A DNA stretch of 64,000 bases, taken from the human T2T-CHM13v2.0 reference genome, Homo sapiens. Shown in pieces: positions 28,801 to 42,980 of this stretch (the stretch's first letter is position 1; every line of letters begins with the position of its first letter). The notes beneath the pieces were generated by a model. It had not been told where the DNA came from. It ran no database searches and worked only from the letters and a program-made list of their open reading frames with translations. The translations under genes were made by a program, and so were the position numbers. The stretch lies in the NCBI RefSeq assembly GCF_009914755.1, contig NC_060942.1; one strand, written 5' to 3'.

Positions 28801-31800
28801 GAAAGCTCATTTACTTATGATTCATGTTTTGGCATAATGCTATTATACAGACTTGCATACATGCCCATTTTTTAAAGTTTACATCTATTGGATCTTATAA
28901 AGGATTTTTAATATGATGTCTTCTTTTGGGGACTGGAGATTTGGGGACTAGATCTGTCCAATCACATCATGGATAGCTATGTAACAAAGCAGATGTTTAA
29001 AATATCTTCAAAAATTGTAGCCATCCATCTGCAAAGGCAGTAAATATGCCTTTTGGTGAGATCTCTCTGCAAAAATAAGTTTCAAAATGCGGGGCAAATA
29101 CACAGACACATTTGACTAATAATTGTGGACATCATCAGCTAACTTCTTCATAGTGTATCATAGGAAAAAAGATAGAGAGCACAAAGAGCATAAAATGATA
29201 AAACCAAAGCAAAATTTGTATTTTAACATACTTCAGTATATTTGGTGTGCTTGCTCTTTAAATGTCAAGAGAAAATAATTTTAAGAGTCTCATGAGAATT
29301 AACAGGCTTTGATATTAAATTTAAAAATATGTTTGTAATATCCCATTTTAGTAGCAAAGTGCCAGCTTTAGAAATAGAATCCCAATGACAAATAAATCTC
29401 CATATAAGCAAGGCGAAAGGGCAAAACTCATTGTAGTTCTACAGTTAATCTTTCTATATTTTTACAAGAGTTTTTACACAGTACTCAATAAAGCCTTCAG
29501 AAGGATTCACTGTAAGCTACTTCTATGAGTTCCCCATCTTAAATATAACGTAAAAGAGCCTTTCATTCATGTGTATCTGTGCGTTAGGTTATTATATACT
29601 TCTTATGCTGTCGAAATATAAACAAACATTCACTACTTTATTCACACAAACATTATATCTCATTGCAACATTTTTCCTTATAAAAGATTGCAAAATTATG
29701 GTCCTACAAATTGACAGAACATTCTTTGCTCCTTTCGCGACATCTAAAGTATTCTGGAGCAACCAGCGCTTTTGTTTTGCTTGCATAAAATAATTTATCA
29801 AATTTTCCTCTCACATATTTCCAGATTCCAGGAGTATGTGGCCAACCCATGTAGTTTATGTTGTATTTCTATGCTAAAAATTCAGAGGGGGAAGTTCACG
29901 TATTTACAAGCAAACAGTATTTATGTGGCAGTTACTAAGTATGTGACCATTGTAATTTCTTGATGGTAAGAAAATACTACAAATAAAGTTAAAGATTCAA
30001 CAAATATTTTTTGCTTTATATATATTTTCTAATTCTTCTGATGCTTAATATAATTAGATTTAGCTTTAAAATTTAAACAGGTAAATCTATGAATCTATGT
30101 AGTCTCTACAGGATTCTGTGAGTTTTTATACTAATATTCAATAAGTTTTTATCACTTTTACTCTGAGCAGCTATCATAAGCACACACTTTAACACTGTAA
30201 TTTCACATATACATGAACATATAAATCAAAATTATTAGGATGCAATGAAGGTTCAGAAATTACAGATAGTAAACATAGTTTCTCAGGACCTAGAGTTGAC
30301 TCACCAAGGTTGCGATTTAAATTAGAATATATTTTAACTTAAAAAATTGTGTTTTATAAGCACTTACAATTTAGTAGGGCTAATATTTAATCAGCCAAGG
30401 CAATTTACTGTTATAATGCCATAACATTACTACCTCATTTTTTATTTGTGTTAAAAATGTTACAGTTGTATATTTTTATAAAATGTTGGCATTCCACACG
30501 GAAGCAGAGAGCTGAACTTGAACCACACAAGACAGCCAAAGAATATAATTGAGAATTGAGTTAATATTACAACATATAGATTTTGGTATCATCATCCCTA
30601 CAATCAAATGAGACAAAATTCTAACCCAGTGCTACAGTTTTAATAGTCTATTGAGAAGTATGGATATTTACTTTCATAAAATTGTCCTTCTGTCAGTCAT
30701 ATTAAATTTTTTCATAAATTGCATGTTAAAAATATGCTTTTGCAGAAACACCCTCCCTGCCAAGAACACACACCATGTTATCCTGGTGCCTTCCAGCTTT
30801 CAAAGAACTTCTGTGCGGTCCTCACAGCTGTCCTGTGAGGTGGGGGACCTTGCAGGGCCACTGCCCTCACCCAGATGAGAAAACCGAAGCTCAGAGATAG
30901 GGCTCAGATGGCCTTTCGGATGTTACAGAAGCCTCTCTTTTTTTTTCCAATTAAAAAAATACATATTTTACATTTTGATCTGACCTATATATTTTTGTAG
31001 ACAAAACACAGGAGCTTCAGATGCCTCATAGATCCTCAGCCAAACAGAACCTTGGCAGATGCTGCAGGGGATAAGAAACCACTTTAGAGACACTAGCAGC
31101 ATGGCTCCTTCCTGAGGCAGGTTTTGGAATCCATCTCAAGAAAAAAAAAAAAAGAAGAGGAAGATGAATAACTAAAGTAGAATCATCAGGATATCATGTT
31201 TTTTTCTAACACAAAATAAACTCCTGAAATATACTCTTGTTTAAATTGGTCTACTTAATAGCTTATTATTAGACAGGATAGCCCAATAACAACCTATATG
31301 TAATAAAGGTGTAAATACAAACATACATACGTTATATATGATTAAGTGACGAAAGTAACAAGTACTCGTATACGCTTCAATCTGTGGCATATTACATTGC
31401 CCTCTAACAAGGTTTCCTGTTTGTTTGAAATTGAAGATAAGTTTAAGGAAATGAGGGAAAAAGGACCAAAATAACCAAGAGCAATAAACCATATTCCAGC
31501 ATTCTTCTTGTTATGTTACCAGCCTTGATAAATAATGTTCTTATTTAGAAGTATGTCTCCTAATCACAGAGCCAAGGTACCCCTAATGCTCTTTTATTGA
31601 TGTTTTTCCCTCATAAAATGCACCAGCATTTTAATTCAAATAAAATTCTGCATCCCATTATGCTCTTCATCTGAGGACAGTAAAACTTAGACCCTTAGTC
31701 AAACTATACATTTTGTCATTTATGTAATCCCCACTGAATTTCTTCTTCAAAAATGGAATCTAATTCCTCTCCATCCTCACACACACATTTTTGGAAACAA

Positions 31801-32179
31801 CTTATGCGCTTAAAATGTTAGTTTCTTTTATATCAGTGTTCACTGATGAAAATACTGGATTGGAACTTGCACCACATCAAAGATGACATGTGATAAAAGC
31901 AGACTGCCTAGCCCTAAAAGCTTCTTAAGCTGTCTTTTTCACATATCTCCCCCAAGATCTTCCTTTTCAAAAAATCTATATGTATAAACTGAAATATATC
32001 TAAGTGTACAATATCCATCCATACCCACAGCCAGGTCTGCACATACCAGTGTGTGTATGTTTGAGAGTACATTTTTTACAGAGGCACTGTATAGATTTAT
32101 CTTCCCCAGGTCCTTGACAGTTGGCCTTTACATCCACACATTTTGGGAGTTGGGAGACAAAGTGGAGGATGACAGCAAG

Positions 32180-33674
32180 CCAGACATCAAACCCATTTAT
32201 TCTGAATCTTAAATTATGACTTTTATCATCAATATTTTGGTTACATTGTTACACAAAGAACAAATTAACATCTGGTTTGAGGTCTCCTTTTTGATTGCTT
32301 TGGGATTAGTGACATTTCCTTGGCATATGCATTACACACCCATCAACTCTCAGCTGTGTCTTAATAATGTTGTACGAGATGCCAAAACAAGAAGGATTTG
32401 TAACAGTGCTCCTGGGGTACCTCCACCAATATCTTTAACCACAGTGACTTTCAGGTGGCTTCTCGCCAGGTGCATGCAGGAGAGTGTCAATGCATCCCTT
32501 TCCTGGGCAGATCAAAAGAGGATCCGGAGGAAGAGGAGCTGGTCTGTTGGCTTTGAAGCACCTGATCACTGTGCGCTCACTCAGAGGTGGATCCAAATAA
32601 ATTAAATCACCCACAGAGAAGTCACAGCACACGTGGCAAAGACATAGTATGTTTAGGGGACTTGGTCATTACAGCTTCCATTACCAACTTATATGATTCA
32701 GGACCACTCAGGAACACCAGGTTCTTAAAGGATTCTGAAGTATAAATTAAAAAAAAATGCAGGTTGCTATTAATAGTTCTAAAGGTGCATCTTAGAATCT
32801 CTTTGAGAGAATAAGCAGAATTGTCCATTGTGTTACTTTTACTTTGATAAACAGATACTTTTTGTTTAGTTTGGTCTCGTCTAAAACAAAACATACAGGT
32901 ATTTTAATGTTTTGTTTTGTTTGGTCTTATCCAGGAATTCTATATTTTCTCTCCTCAACCCCAGCAAGAAAAATAAAAGTGGGGTTGAGGAGGGAGAGCT
33001 GAGTGTGGAAAGAAAAGTAAAGCTTTTCAAGAAAAAACACAAACAATACAAAACAAAAATTGCAGTCCAATCGTGCAAAATTTGCTTCTCTGGATAAAGC
33101 ACTTCTTGACAGGTTCCCAATGTCCCCATCCCCCTCCCAAGTCCTCCCAGCCACATGGTGGGGGGAAGAATACAGAATGAAAGTGAAGCCATTCTTTTTC
33201 TTAAGGCTATACAGACACACACAGAACACATGTCAAGGACTGTCCAGCAGGTGGTTCTTTGCTGGGCTCCTACTTCAAGCCCTGACTGCAACCTGCAGCC
33301 CATCCTGGAGTCAGGAGCTCTCCTTCCGTTGGGACGACAATACAACATACAAACAAAAGAGGTCCATGGTCCCAACAATAAAATCCGATATTGACTTTAC
33401 AATCACAGGTACAAATTGCTCAAATCGATAATTTCATTTCTCCTTAAGACCTTGTCATCTAAAACTAATTAGAGGCCAGGTTCCCGAGGAATTGTCAGTA
33501 TTCCAAAAAACAAAAACAAAAGTACTGGAGGTTTCAAAGGAAATCATTCTTCTACTGCAACAGTCTGACGGAGGTTGGAAACAAGGTGTCCAATTCCAGT
33601 AAGTTCAGGGTGTTTTAAAGGGCGGAGTCCTGGGTCCAGTTTGCCATTCCCCCACCATCTAGGGGGCTCTGTGT
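32180..33674 (-). other. CBLN2: CBLN2 3' UTR (3' end approximate)
   Basis: Repeat-free sequence from the TAA stop to just past the AATAAA at 32196-32201. Confidence 0.75.
32196..32201 (-). terminator. Polyadenylation signal AATAAA of CBLN2
   Basis: tttatt on the plus strand; two upstream UGUA motifs (32242-32253) and a downstream GU-rich tract (TGGGTTTGATGTCTGGCTTGCTGTC). Confidence 0.75.
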
Positions 33675-33872
<198 letters not shown>

Positions 33873-34118
33873 CTAAAATGCAGAGAGTAGAGCTCAGCAG
33901 ACCATAAAGCACCCAACTCCCACACACTGTTCTCTCCTTTGCCAATATCCCCACTCCCACCCCCATCCTTCCCTTAGAGTACACATCAGGGGAGCCTGAC
34001 AGTGAGCACTCCCAGCTAGTTCAGAGCCACATCACCCCCTGGACAGACCAGTACCCTGTCTCCCTCAGCCTCAGAGACCAGGTGAAGGGGCCTTTAGCAA
34101 TGGGGAACTATTAACTCA

Positions 34119-34328
<210 letters not shown>

Positions 34329-35739
34329 TCATCATCCTTGGATAACCAGCAACACTGCCTCCTTCATCAGCGGCTGGGAACACAAATTCAGCATCCTCAG
34401 CATTCTGGCTTCCCCAGGAAGGAGGCAGTGCTGAAGTTAAAAGATCCTATAGCAGGAAGTAATCTCAAAGGTATTTTAATAAATTGTAACTAATCAAGAT
34501 TTCTAAAGCATATTTTAATTATGCATTCAAAAACTGGCTGTGAATTTTGTAAGTTGAGGGGCAGGGCAGAGAGAAAGGAATCGAAGATGGTAAGCTTGTT
34601 AAACAAATCCTAAATTGAGTCCAGGGAGGTCTGTGGGAATATGGGGGCATCAGCATGATGCCTTGTTTGACAAAAAAACGAACAAACAAACAAACAAACA
34701 AACAAAAAAGTTCCATTCTGAATGGGTAGAGAAGCGGCTATGGGGCAAGAGGCCAATTAAAGGAGATCACTTCTGTAAGTTCAAGCTTGGGACCTAACTT
34801 CACGTGCTCCCAGAGACAATGGTCTCTGTGAGGTTTGGATCTCCAGTGTTTCTCAGTTCCTGGCACACTCTGGACTCACACAGTAGGTGGTTGATGATGG
34901 GTGGTGAATGAAAGACCTTTGTAGAAAAACATTTGCTACTCCTGTTTTTCCTTAATTTTCCCTGAGCAATGTGCTGCTCCCTTGCCTGAGCCATGGTGCC
35001 CTGTAAATGAGCTTGAATAAATAGAGAACCGGCAGCTTGGACATCCTTAGCTTAAGCTAATGGGAACTCTACAACATGCAAAACAATGACAAAATTAGCC
35101 ACCTGGAATGTGCGCATGACCCTGCAGATGGCTTTCCTCAGATAAAAGGGCAGGGGTGAGTGTTTCATAAGCAGAATTTCAAGAGTGGCGGGACCCCCGT
35201 GATGACCCAATTTCTTTCAGATGCTCAACACAGACTCTGGCCACTTTGTCTGGATGCTGTCTCCATCCTCCTCATCCATAAATGCACAACTGCTTTATAA
35301 TAAGATGGCCTGCCTTTTAAAACAAACAGCCAACAACAACATCAAAATCCTGGGTTTAAGATTTTGTTACCTAATGGGAATACAAACTTCAACTGGAATA
35401 CCTTTGCTGTTATTTCTTACACACTCATTATAGATGAATAACATGCAGTTCCCAGCGCAATGTGAAATGCTGCCAATGACAATCGCCGAAATGACTTGTG
35501 AAATATGCCTGTTTCAGCTTCTTCAACCCAGCTGTGAGCACCACTTCAGCTCCACTCAAGGGCAGGACTGAGACAGACACTCTGGGTTCCATTGTTAAGA
35601 CAAACACCTCGGGATGCCTATTCTCAGTCTCACAAGGCTATGCTCGCTGTCTTCCTTACAAAGCTTTTAGAAAAGAATAAAGCATTCTCCATTTAAGCCT
35701 CTGGAGCTGCTTCTTCCTTTCACCTCAACTCCTTCACCT

Positions 35740-36015
35740 CAATTTTACATTCTGGAAACTGATAAATTCAGGTAGAATTTAGCCCTGCTGTAGATGAAAG
35801 AACACCCAACCAGATCCTGAAAAGCAGACCTCAGCTCCTCATTAACTGGGGAGCCAGAGAAAGGTTGAACGCACCCTGCCATAGTTTGCTCATGTATAAA
35901 ATTAGAATCCTGCTACTACTTATCCTGCCCTACATCACAGAGCTTTCTTGTTACACAAATGCAAAGGTGGATATAAAAATGCTATGAAAACTTTGCAAGA
36001 CATTGGTAAGTGAAT
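35740..36015 (+). mobile_element. MIR in CBLN2 intron
   Basis: agtttgctcatgtataaaattagaat...cctgccctacatcacagag. Confidence 0.6.
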
Positions 36016-37176
36016 AATAATAATATAACAATAACTGCACGTAAAGGAAACCTTACTAATAGAGTATTAGTTCCCAAATGCCTATTCCATTGCTGTCTCA
36101 TTTGGACATAATCAAAATAAATAATTTTACATTTTGTAAATAAAAATGAATTAAAGAGACACATGCCTTCCCCTGCCAAGAAAAAAAAACCTCAAATACT
36201 TAATGCCTAACAATAATTGAGAAATAAATACGCTGACTTAAATAGAGTCAAGAGTGTGTGTGTCTGTAGGTTTATGGTTATTAAGTTTAAGAGTTGCCTA
36301 ACAGACCAAAGGAAAGTCAATTAAACACGTACAGTAAGCCCTGGTAGGTTGTCAGTGACTGCCAGGCGCCCCATTCCGTGGGAAACACTTTGGTAAAATG
36401 ATTAGGTAATTAGCTAATTAGCTAAAGCTTGGAAACCTCTATAATGTTTTTAATTATTTTTCTGAAAAACAACAGAAACCAGGCGAGCAGGACACAAAAA
36501 GAAGGTCATAGCCTTTAACCCTGAGCACCAATAACCCAGAGAAAGGTTTAGAAAGGCCTGATCATATCTCTGAACCTTCTGCATTGAACCAAATGGCATA
36601 AGTTAAGTGGCTTAAGGTGACGTAAGTCACTGCTCTTTTAAAAAATTTGTACCAACACACTGTTCATGTATACATTATATATATTGCATTTGCTTATGGT
36701 ATATATTTCATTTACTATATATTTTACTTACACAATCACAATATTTTGTTTTGTATTTATATATCCATCCCTGTTCTTCCTCACTTTTTTTTTTTTTAAG
36801 ATAAACATCCCTTCCCCAATCCATTCCTCAAAATAAGCAATAGGAATGTATTTTCCAAATGCTGTCAGAGACTTGGGAAGACTCCTTTCGTGAGCGTGGA
36901 GAGTTTTAAATGCACTCAATCCTTCAGGTGGCCACCTGGGTGACTGAAGACCATCAACCACACCGCCGTGAAAAGTAAAACGTGCAATGCTTCCTTTTGG
37001 GAAACATATTTCAAATCTTTAGGTTTACGGAACTCTTAGAAAGCTTAGACAGCCTTAAGGGACTCTCAGTCATCCAAGTGCCAAGTTAGCTGATCATTTA
37101 AAAGTTTTTAAAAAGCCAAAATGTGGAAAAGGGAAAGAGTAGGAGTGCGTTCTATGAAACGGGAGGAAAGAGACTA

Positions 37177-38088
<912 letters not shown>

Positions 38089-38407
38089 CTAAGACGGGCC
38101 CCGAGACCCTCAGAAGGCGTCACCGCCACCCCGCCCATTCACCAGCGCGGAGGGGGCTAAGACGCAGGCAAAGAAAAACCTACGAATGCTTGCCTTCTCG
38201 CCTTCATCTCACAGCATTTCCTTGGAGCAGCACCAAGGAACCCTTTTCCTATCCCTTGTTTCCCTGCTATCCTCTATTTTTCAATCCTCGAGATGTTTTT
38301 AAAGTCCATTTAAGTCCCTTTGGTACAGATTTTATCTGTTTTCCACCCACAGAACAAATCCCAGGAATCTCCTTGGGGCGAATAAGATTACTAGGGGGGA
38401 AATGACA

Positions 38408-38408
<1 letters not shown>

Positions 38409-38451
<43 letters not shown>
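38409..38451. repeat. (CA)21 microsatellite in a CBLN2 5' intron
   Basis: Directly visible. Confidence 0.97.
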
Positions 38452-38453
<2 letters not shown>

Positions 38454-38978
38454 GCAGTAAAGCCAAACACCTACTTCCAAGGTCCCTGCAGCCACTAGCG
38501 AGCCCCCTTGGGTGAAACCCCTGGGATTCCTCTCTTAGGCGAAGGACCGATTCCAACGACGGAATCCCAGGCTTGGGTTATTCTCCAGCTCTGGTTTCCA
38601 GACCACGGGGATTCTCTCTTTCTCAGCGGGGCGGCAGCCCCTGCAGGTTTCTGCGAACTTACGCGCCCGTCTGCACTTTTGCCCCGTCCCCGCTCCTCCC
38701 AGGAAAGCAGACAGGCCATTTCAATACCAGCCCAGAGACACGCAGAGAAGCCGCCCCCTCGCCGCCCACAGCCTCCCATTAACTCTTCCAGTATTCTTTC
38801 TAAGAACAGAGAAGTTGGCTCTTGATAAATATCCGCTGTCCGCAGCCCCGATCCTACATGATTTCCCTTCTCTCTCTCCACCTCCTCCACCCCTCGATCT
38901 GGACCAGGGAGAGTCTTCGTTAAAATCCACGCAGAAGGCGCTTGCATGCGGAGGGGAGGGCAGGTCGGGGGTGGTTAC

Positions 38979-39023
38979 CTGGAACATCCATGCTGGGCGA
39001 GCTCCGCTGTCCGCGAAGTTGCT
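38979..39023 (-). other. CBLN2: Probable 45-nt 5'-UTR exon of CBLN2
   Basis: Acceptor CTCATTTTCTCTAAGCAG| and donor CAG|GTAACC on the minus strand. Confidence 0.75.
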
Positions 39024-39469
39024 CTGCTTAGAGAAAATGAGGCGAGTGGGAGCTGTCGGGAGGAGGACACGGAGCGCGACCCTGCTCCCAGCGCGTGGCC
39101 AATAACCGCGCCGCCCCGCCCTGCCGCTTTCCCGCGCCAGCCTGCGCCGCTTCAGGGGTGCACCACGCCCCGCGCGCCCGCTTAGGCGCCGCGCCCGGGA
39201 CCGGGAACCCCGCGTCTCGCCCGGCTCAGCGCCCCGCGCTGTGCGCCCAGGTGCCTCCAACCCCTGGGCTTCGCGCCCGCACCGCTGCCTGGGGCCCCTC
39301 GAGCTCCCGCGCTCAGCGCGTCCGCAGCGCGGCTCCCTCGCGGGTCCCCTCGGCCCCGCAGCCCCGCCAGTCTCCAGAGGGCATAGCCGAGCGCTGCCGC
39401 CTCCCTAGGACTCGGAACCTTCCCTGCTCCCAAGCCCGCCGCACCCTCCAACGCCCCGGTCCTGCTCAC

Positions 39470-39835
39470 CCAAACGCCCAGAGCAAAATACTCCCAGACG
39501 TCTCTTTTGAAAATTAGACACCCTTAAAAGCACCGGTCGCTTCTCTTCTTTTAGATTCTTTCTTTTCTTTCCCCAATTCCCTCCAAGTCTTAATATTGAA
39601 TGGCGTGACCACTTTCATAATGACAGGAGCGAAAAAAACAATAAGTTAAAAAAAAAAAAAAGAAGAAGAAGACTGGGATGGCTGGGACGAAGAGAGGGAA
39701 AAAAAAAGCTTGAGAATTTGATGATTTAGGAGCTGTGGTTCCAGAGTCCCCAGCTGGGGAACTGTCCGGTTCCCGCAGGGCTAGAAGAGGGGCCTCCGGC
39801 CCGGGTCTGTGTGTCTGCTCCTCTGGACCTCGGAC
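39470..39835 (-). other. CBLN2: Probable first (non-coding) exon of CBLN2; TSS approximate
   Basis: Donor TTTGG|GTGAGC at 39470/39469; TATA-like box about 30 nt upstream of the proposed start. Confidence 0.55.
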
Positions 39836-39859
39836 TGGTGGAGCGGCTGGCGCTTGCGC

Positions 39860-39871
39860 TTATTTATTAAA
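39860..39871 (-). promoter_or_regulatory. TATA-like box (TTTAATAAATAA)
   Basis: Isolated AT-rich 12-mer within GC-rich promoter sequence. Confidence 0.55.
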
Positions 39872-40106
39872 TTGCGGTGTCCGCGCTCGCTCAAAGGACC
39901 CGGGGAGACGCGCTGGGTTTCCCAGCTGCGCCTGGAGCTCGGCTGAGGGCGCAAACACGGACGTGGGGCGCCACCTGCGGGTGCCCGGGCCTCCCTGCCG
40001 CAGGCTGCGGACCGGCGGACTCCGACAGAAGACGGGGGAGTCCTGGCCGCAAGGCTGAGGTTTGCTGATGGTCTTCTTTCACCCCAAAAGCAGCGCTGAC
40101 CTCTGC

Positions 40107-40135
40107 AATAATAATAATATAATAATAATAATAAT
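40107..40135. repeat. Interrupted (AAT)n STR
   Basis: Directly visible. Confidence 0.9.
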
Positions 40136-40467
40136 GATAGCAACCACAAGAAGAACAATAATGACCAGTCTTCCCGGTATCCTTCAGTACTTTTACTCCT
40201 GGCAAAACCAAGCAGCACGCCGCCTGATTTTCCGGATCTTCACTGATCTAACAAACAACTCTGCCAAGATGATAAATGCTGCGGTGAGGTTATCATCGGT
40301 TATTATCGTCGGCACAACGTTTGCACAGACAACTGGGCCGTATAGTTTATGCTGGTCTAAAAAACAATCAATATTTAAATCTACACTCTATAGCCTGATT
40401 TTTTTTTAAAACATGGTTAAAAAATACTTTGTCCTTTGACATGCATTATACGTCTTTTCTGATAGGC

Positions 40468-40497
<30 letters not shown>
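40468..40497. repeat. (TAA)10 STR
   Basis: Directly visible. Confidence 0.92.
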
Positions 40498-40498
<1 letters not shown>

Positions 40499-41649
40499 GT
40501 TAGCCAGTGCTGTTCATTAGAGCATCTGTATTTCTTATTCCTCCAGACTTCACACCGAACCCTCTCCCCTTTGAAGATTTCAGCAGTGTCTGATTCCACC
40601 TTAACAAACGGAGGTCTTTTCAGGTAGGGGGTTTTGAAGGCCTTATTTTCCCATAGGCCCTCTCACCGCTATTCTCCCCATTTAGAACAGAACTGCCAAG
40701 GCATCATCTCTAAGCACTGGAGATGAAATTCACGATCAGTTCAACTGGAATGGATATGCAGAAAGTCATTGCACACTGCTGCGTGAGACAAAATATTTAG
40801 TATGGGTGTAAGGATGTGATTAAAAGTACCTCTGAGCCAAATGCTTCCTGGTTAACCTAGCATGCAAAATAGTAGAAAATATACAATACTTCCAAAATCT
40901 CTCATCCTCCTAAGCTATACTCACTGTAAAGTAAATGTCATACTTCAACACTTTTGTACCATGCTGGAGATAGGTACTGGCATTTGCCAGGATGCTTTTT
41001 CAAATCCACCACAGTTTGCCATGTTTTGTTACCATTTTTGTGAGTTTAACAGAGTGGAAATGCACTCTTACTTTCAAATAGTTATTTTATTCCACTATTT
41101 CATCCATGTGATAGTGTCTTACTGTCAAAATAAGCCCCCATCCATCATTCCACCATAGAGAGAACTGATTTAAGTGTAAGCATAGATAGCAAAGAACACT
41201 AGATATTTGAAAGACATGTGAGACACAGACATAATTAGACCAATCTGGGGATGCTAATTTATAGCAATACCTCTCACACATCTGTAAGTCCTTAAATAGC
41301 AACTCTACTCAGCATCTTTCCTCAATACTGTAAGCATTCCTTTTGACTAATATAAATGCAAGCACACATGAACTATCGTCATCAACACTGGGGGAAAAAA
41401 GAAAACCACTTTCTATGTGGCAACATAAATGTTTAGATTATATATATGTAGAGACACCTTTAATCTATGTGACTTATTGGACTAAGTTATTGAAAAAAGC
41501 TATAAGCATTCTTATATAATAAACAGGTTAGGTTTAATTTAGACTAGAGATTATTTTAGAAGAAACCATAAAAGATAGCAAATTGACAGAGAAGCAGATT
41601 ATTTATTCATTGATTAATTAGTTGTTTCACATAAGAAGATATTAAAGTC

Positions 41650-41959
<310 letters not shown>

Positions 41960-42435
41960 TCAAGTGTTGGAATTTTAGCTTGTAAATATGCTTAGAAATT
42001 TTTTAAGAAAATGTCTAAGATTTAAAAGCAAAAGTTTTTCTAGTTATCTCAGGGATTCCTTTTTCTCTCCCTTTTCCATGTTAATAATTGTTGCTATTAC
42101 TACTAGAACATTAATAGTGGACATTCCCACAGACAATAACAATGACAGCCATTTATGGAACACCTGTGGTGTGTGAGATATTGCACCATGTCTTTTGTCT
42201 GGGATATAACACGATTTAACACCCACAGCAACCCTGTGGTAAAGACAGGTGTTCACACAGAGCTGAAGAGGAACATATTCTAATATTAGGGAAAAATGTG
42301 GGAAGGGAAGACGCTGGGATAATTCAAGTACCCTTCCTCTCATTTTTTCTAAATATCTGTCTCTCATGGAACTTAAATTTGAGTTCTTTGGGTATAACCT
42401 ATCTCTGAAATGCATCTTCAGCGTGCATTATAGAT

Positions 42436-42603
42436 TTGCTGTTGGATCCATCAATTCCACTACTGAGTATCTACTCAAAGGAAAAAAATCATTGTATGGA
42501 AAAGGATACCTACACTGCTAGGTTTACTGCAATACTATTCACAGTAGCAAAAATATGGAATAAATCTAAGTGTCCATTAACAGATGATTTGATAAAGAAA
42601 GTG

Positions 42604-42646
<43 letters not shown>

Positions 42647-42980
42647 TGGAATACTACTCAGCCATAAAAGGAATGAAAAGAATGAAATCATGTCTTTTGC
42701 AGCGACATAGATGGAACTGGAGGCCTCTATCTTAAGCGAAATAACTCAAAGTCAAATACTGCATGTTTCCAGTTATGAGTGGGAGGTAAAAAATGCGCAC
42801 ACACGAACAAAGAGAGCAGAATAACAGATGTTAGAAGCTCAGAAGGGCAGGAGGGTAGGAGGATGGTTGAGGATAAGAAATCACTTAGTGGGTACAATGT
42901 ACACTATTTGGGTACCTGTGTAAGAAAACGGCACATGTACCCCCTAAATCTATTTTTAAAATTAAAAATTTAAAAAATTC
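42436..42980 (+). mobile_element. L1 (L1PB/L1MA-like) 3' fragment with an internal (CA)n at 42605-42643
   Basis: gatccatcaattccactactgagtatctac...tggaatactactcagccataaa...atggaactggagg. Confidence 0.85.

Noticed and set aside
32216-33431. 100-165-aa ORFs on both strands in the 3' UTR
   Set aside because: No homology recognised; composition reflects A/T runs of UTR sequence
33655-33669. CTCF-like CCATCTAGGGGGCTC just after the stop codon
   Set aside because: Two mismatches in the 5' core of the CTCF consensus; not supportable without ChIP data
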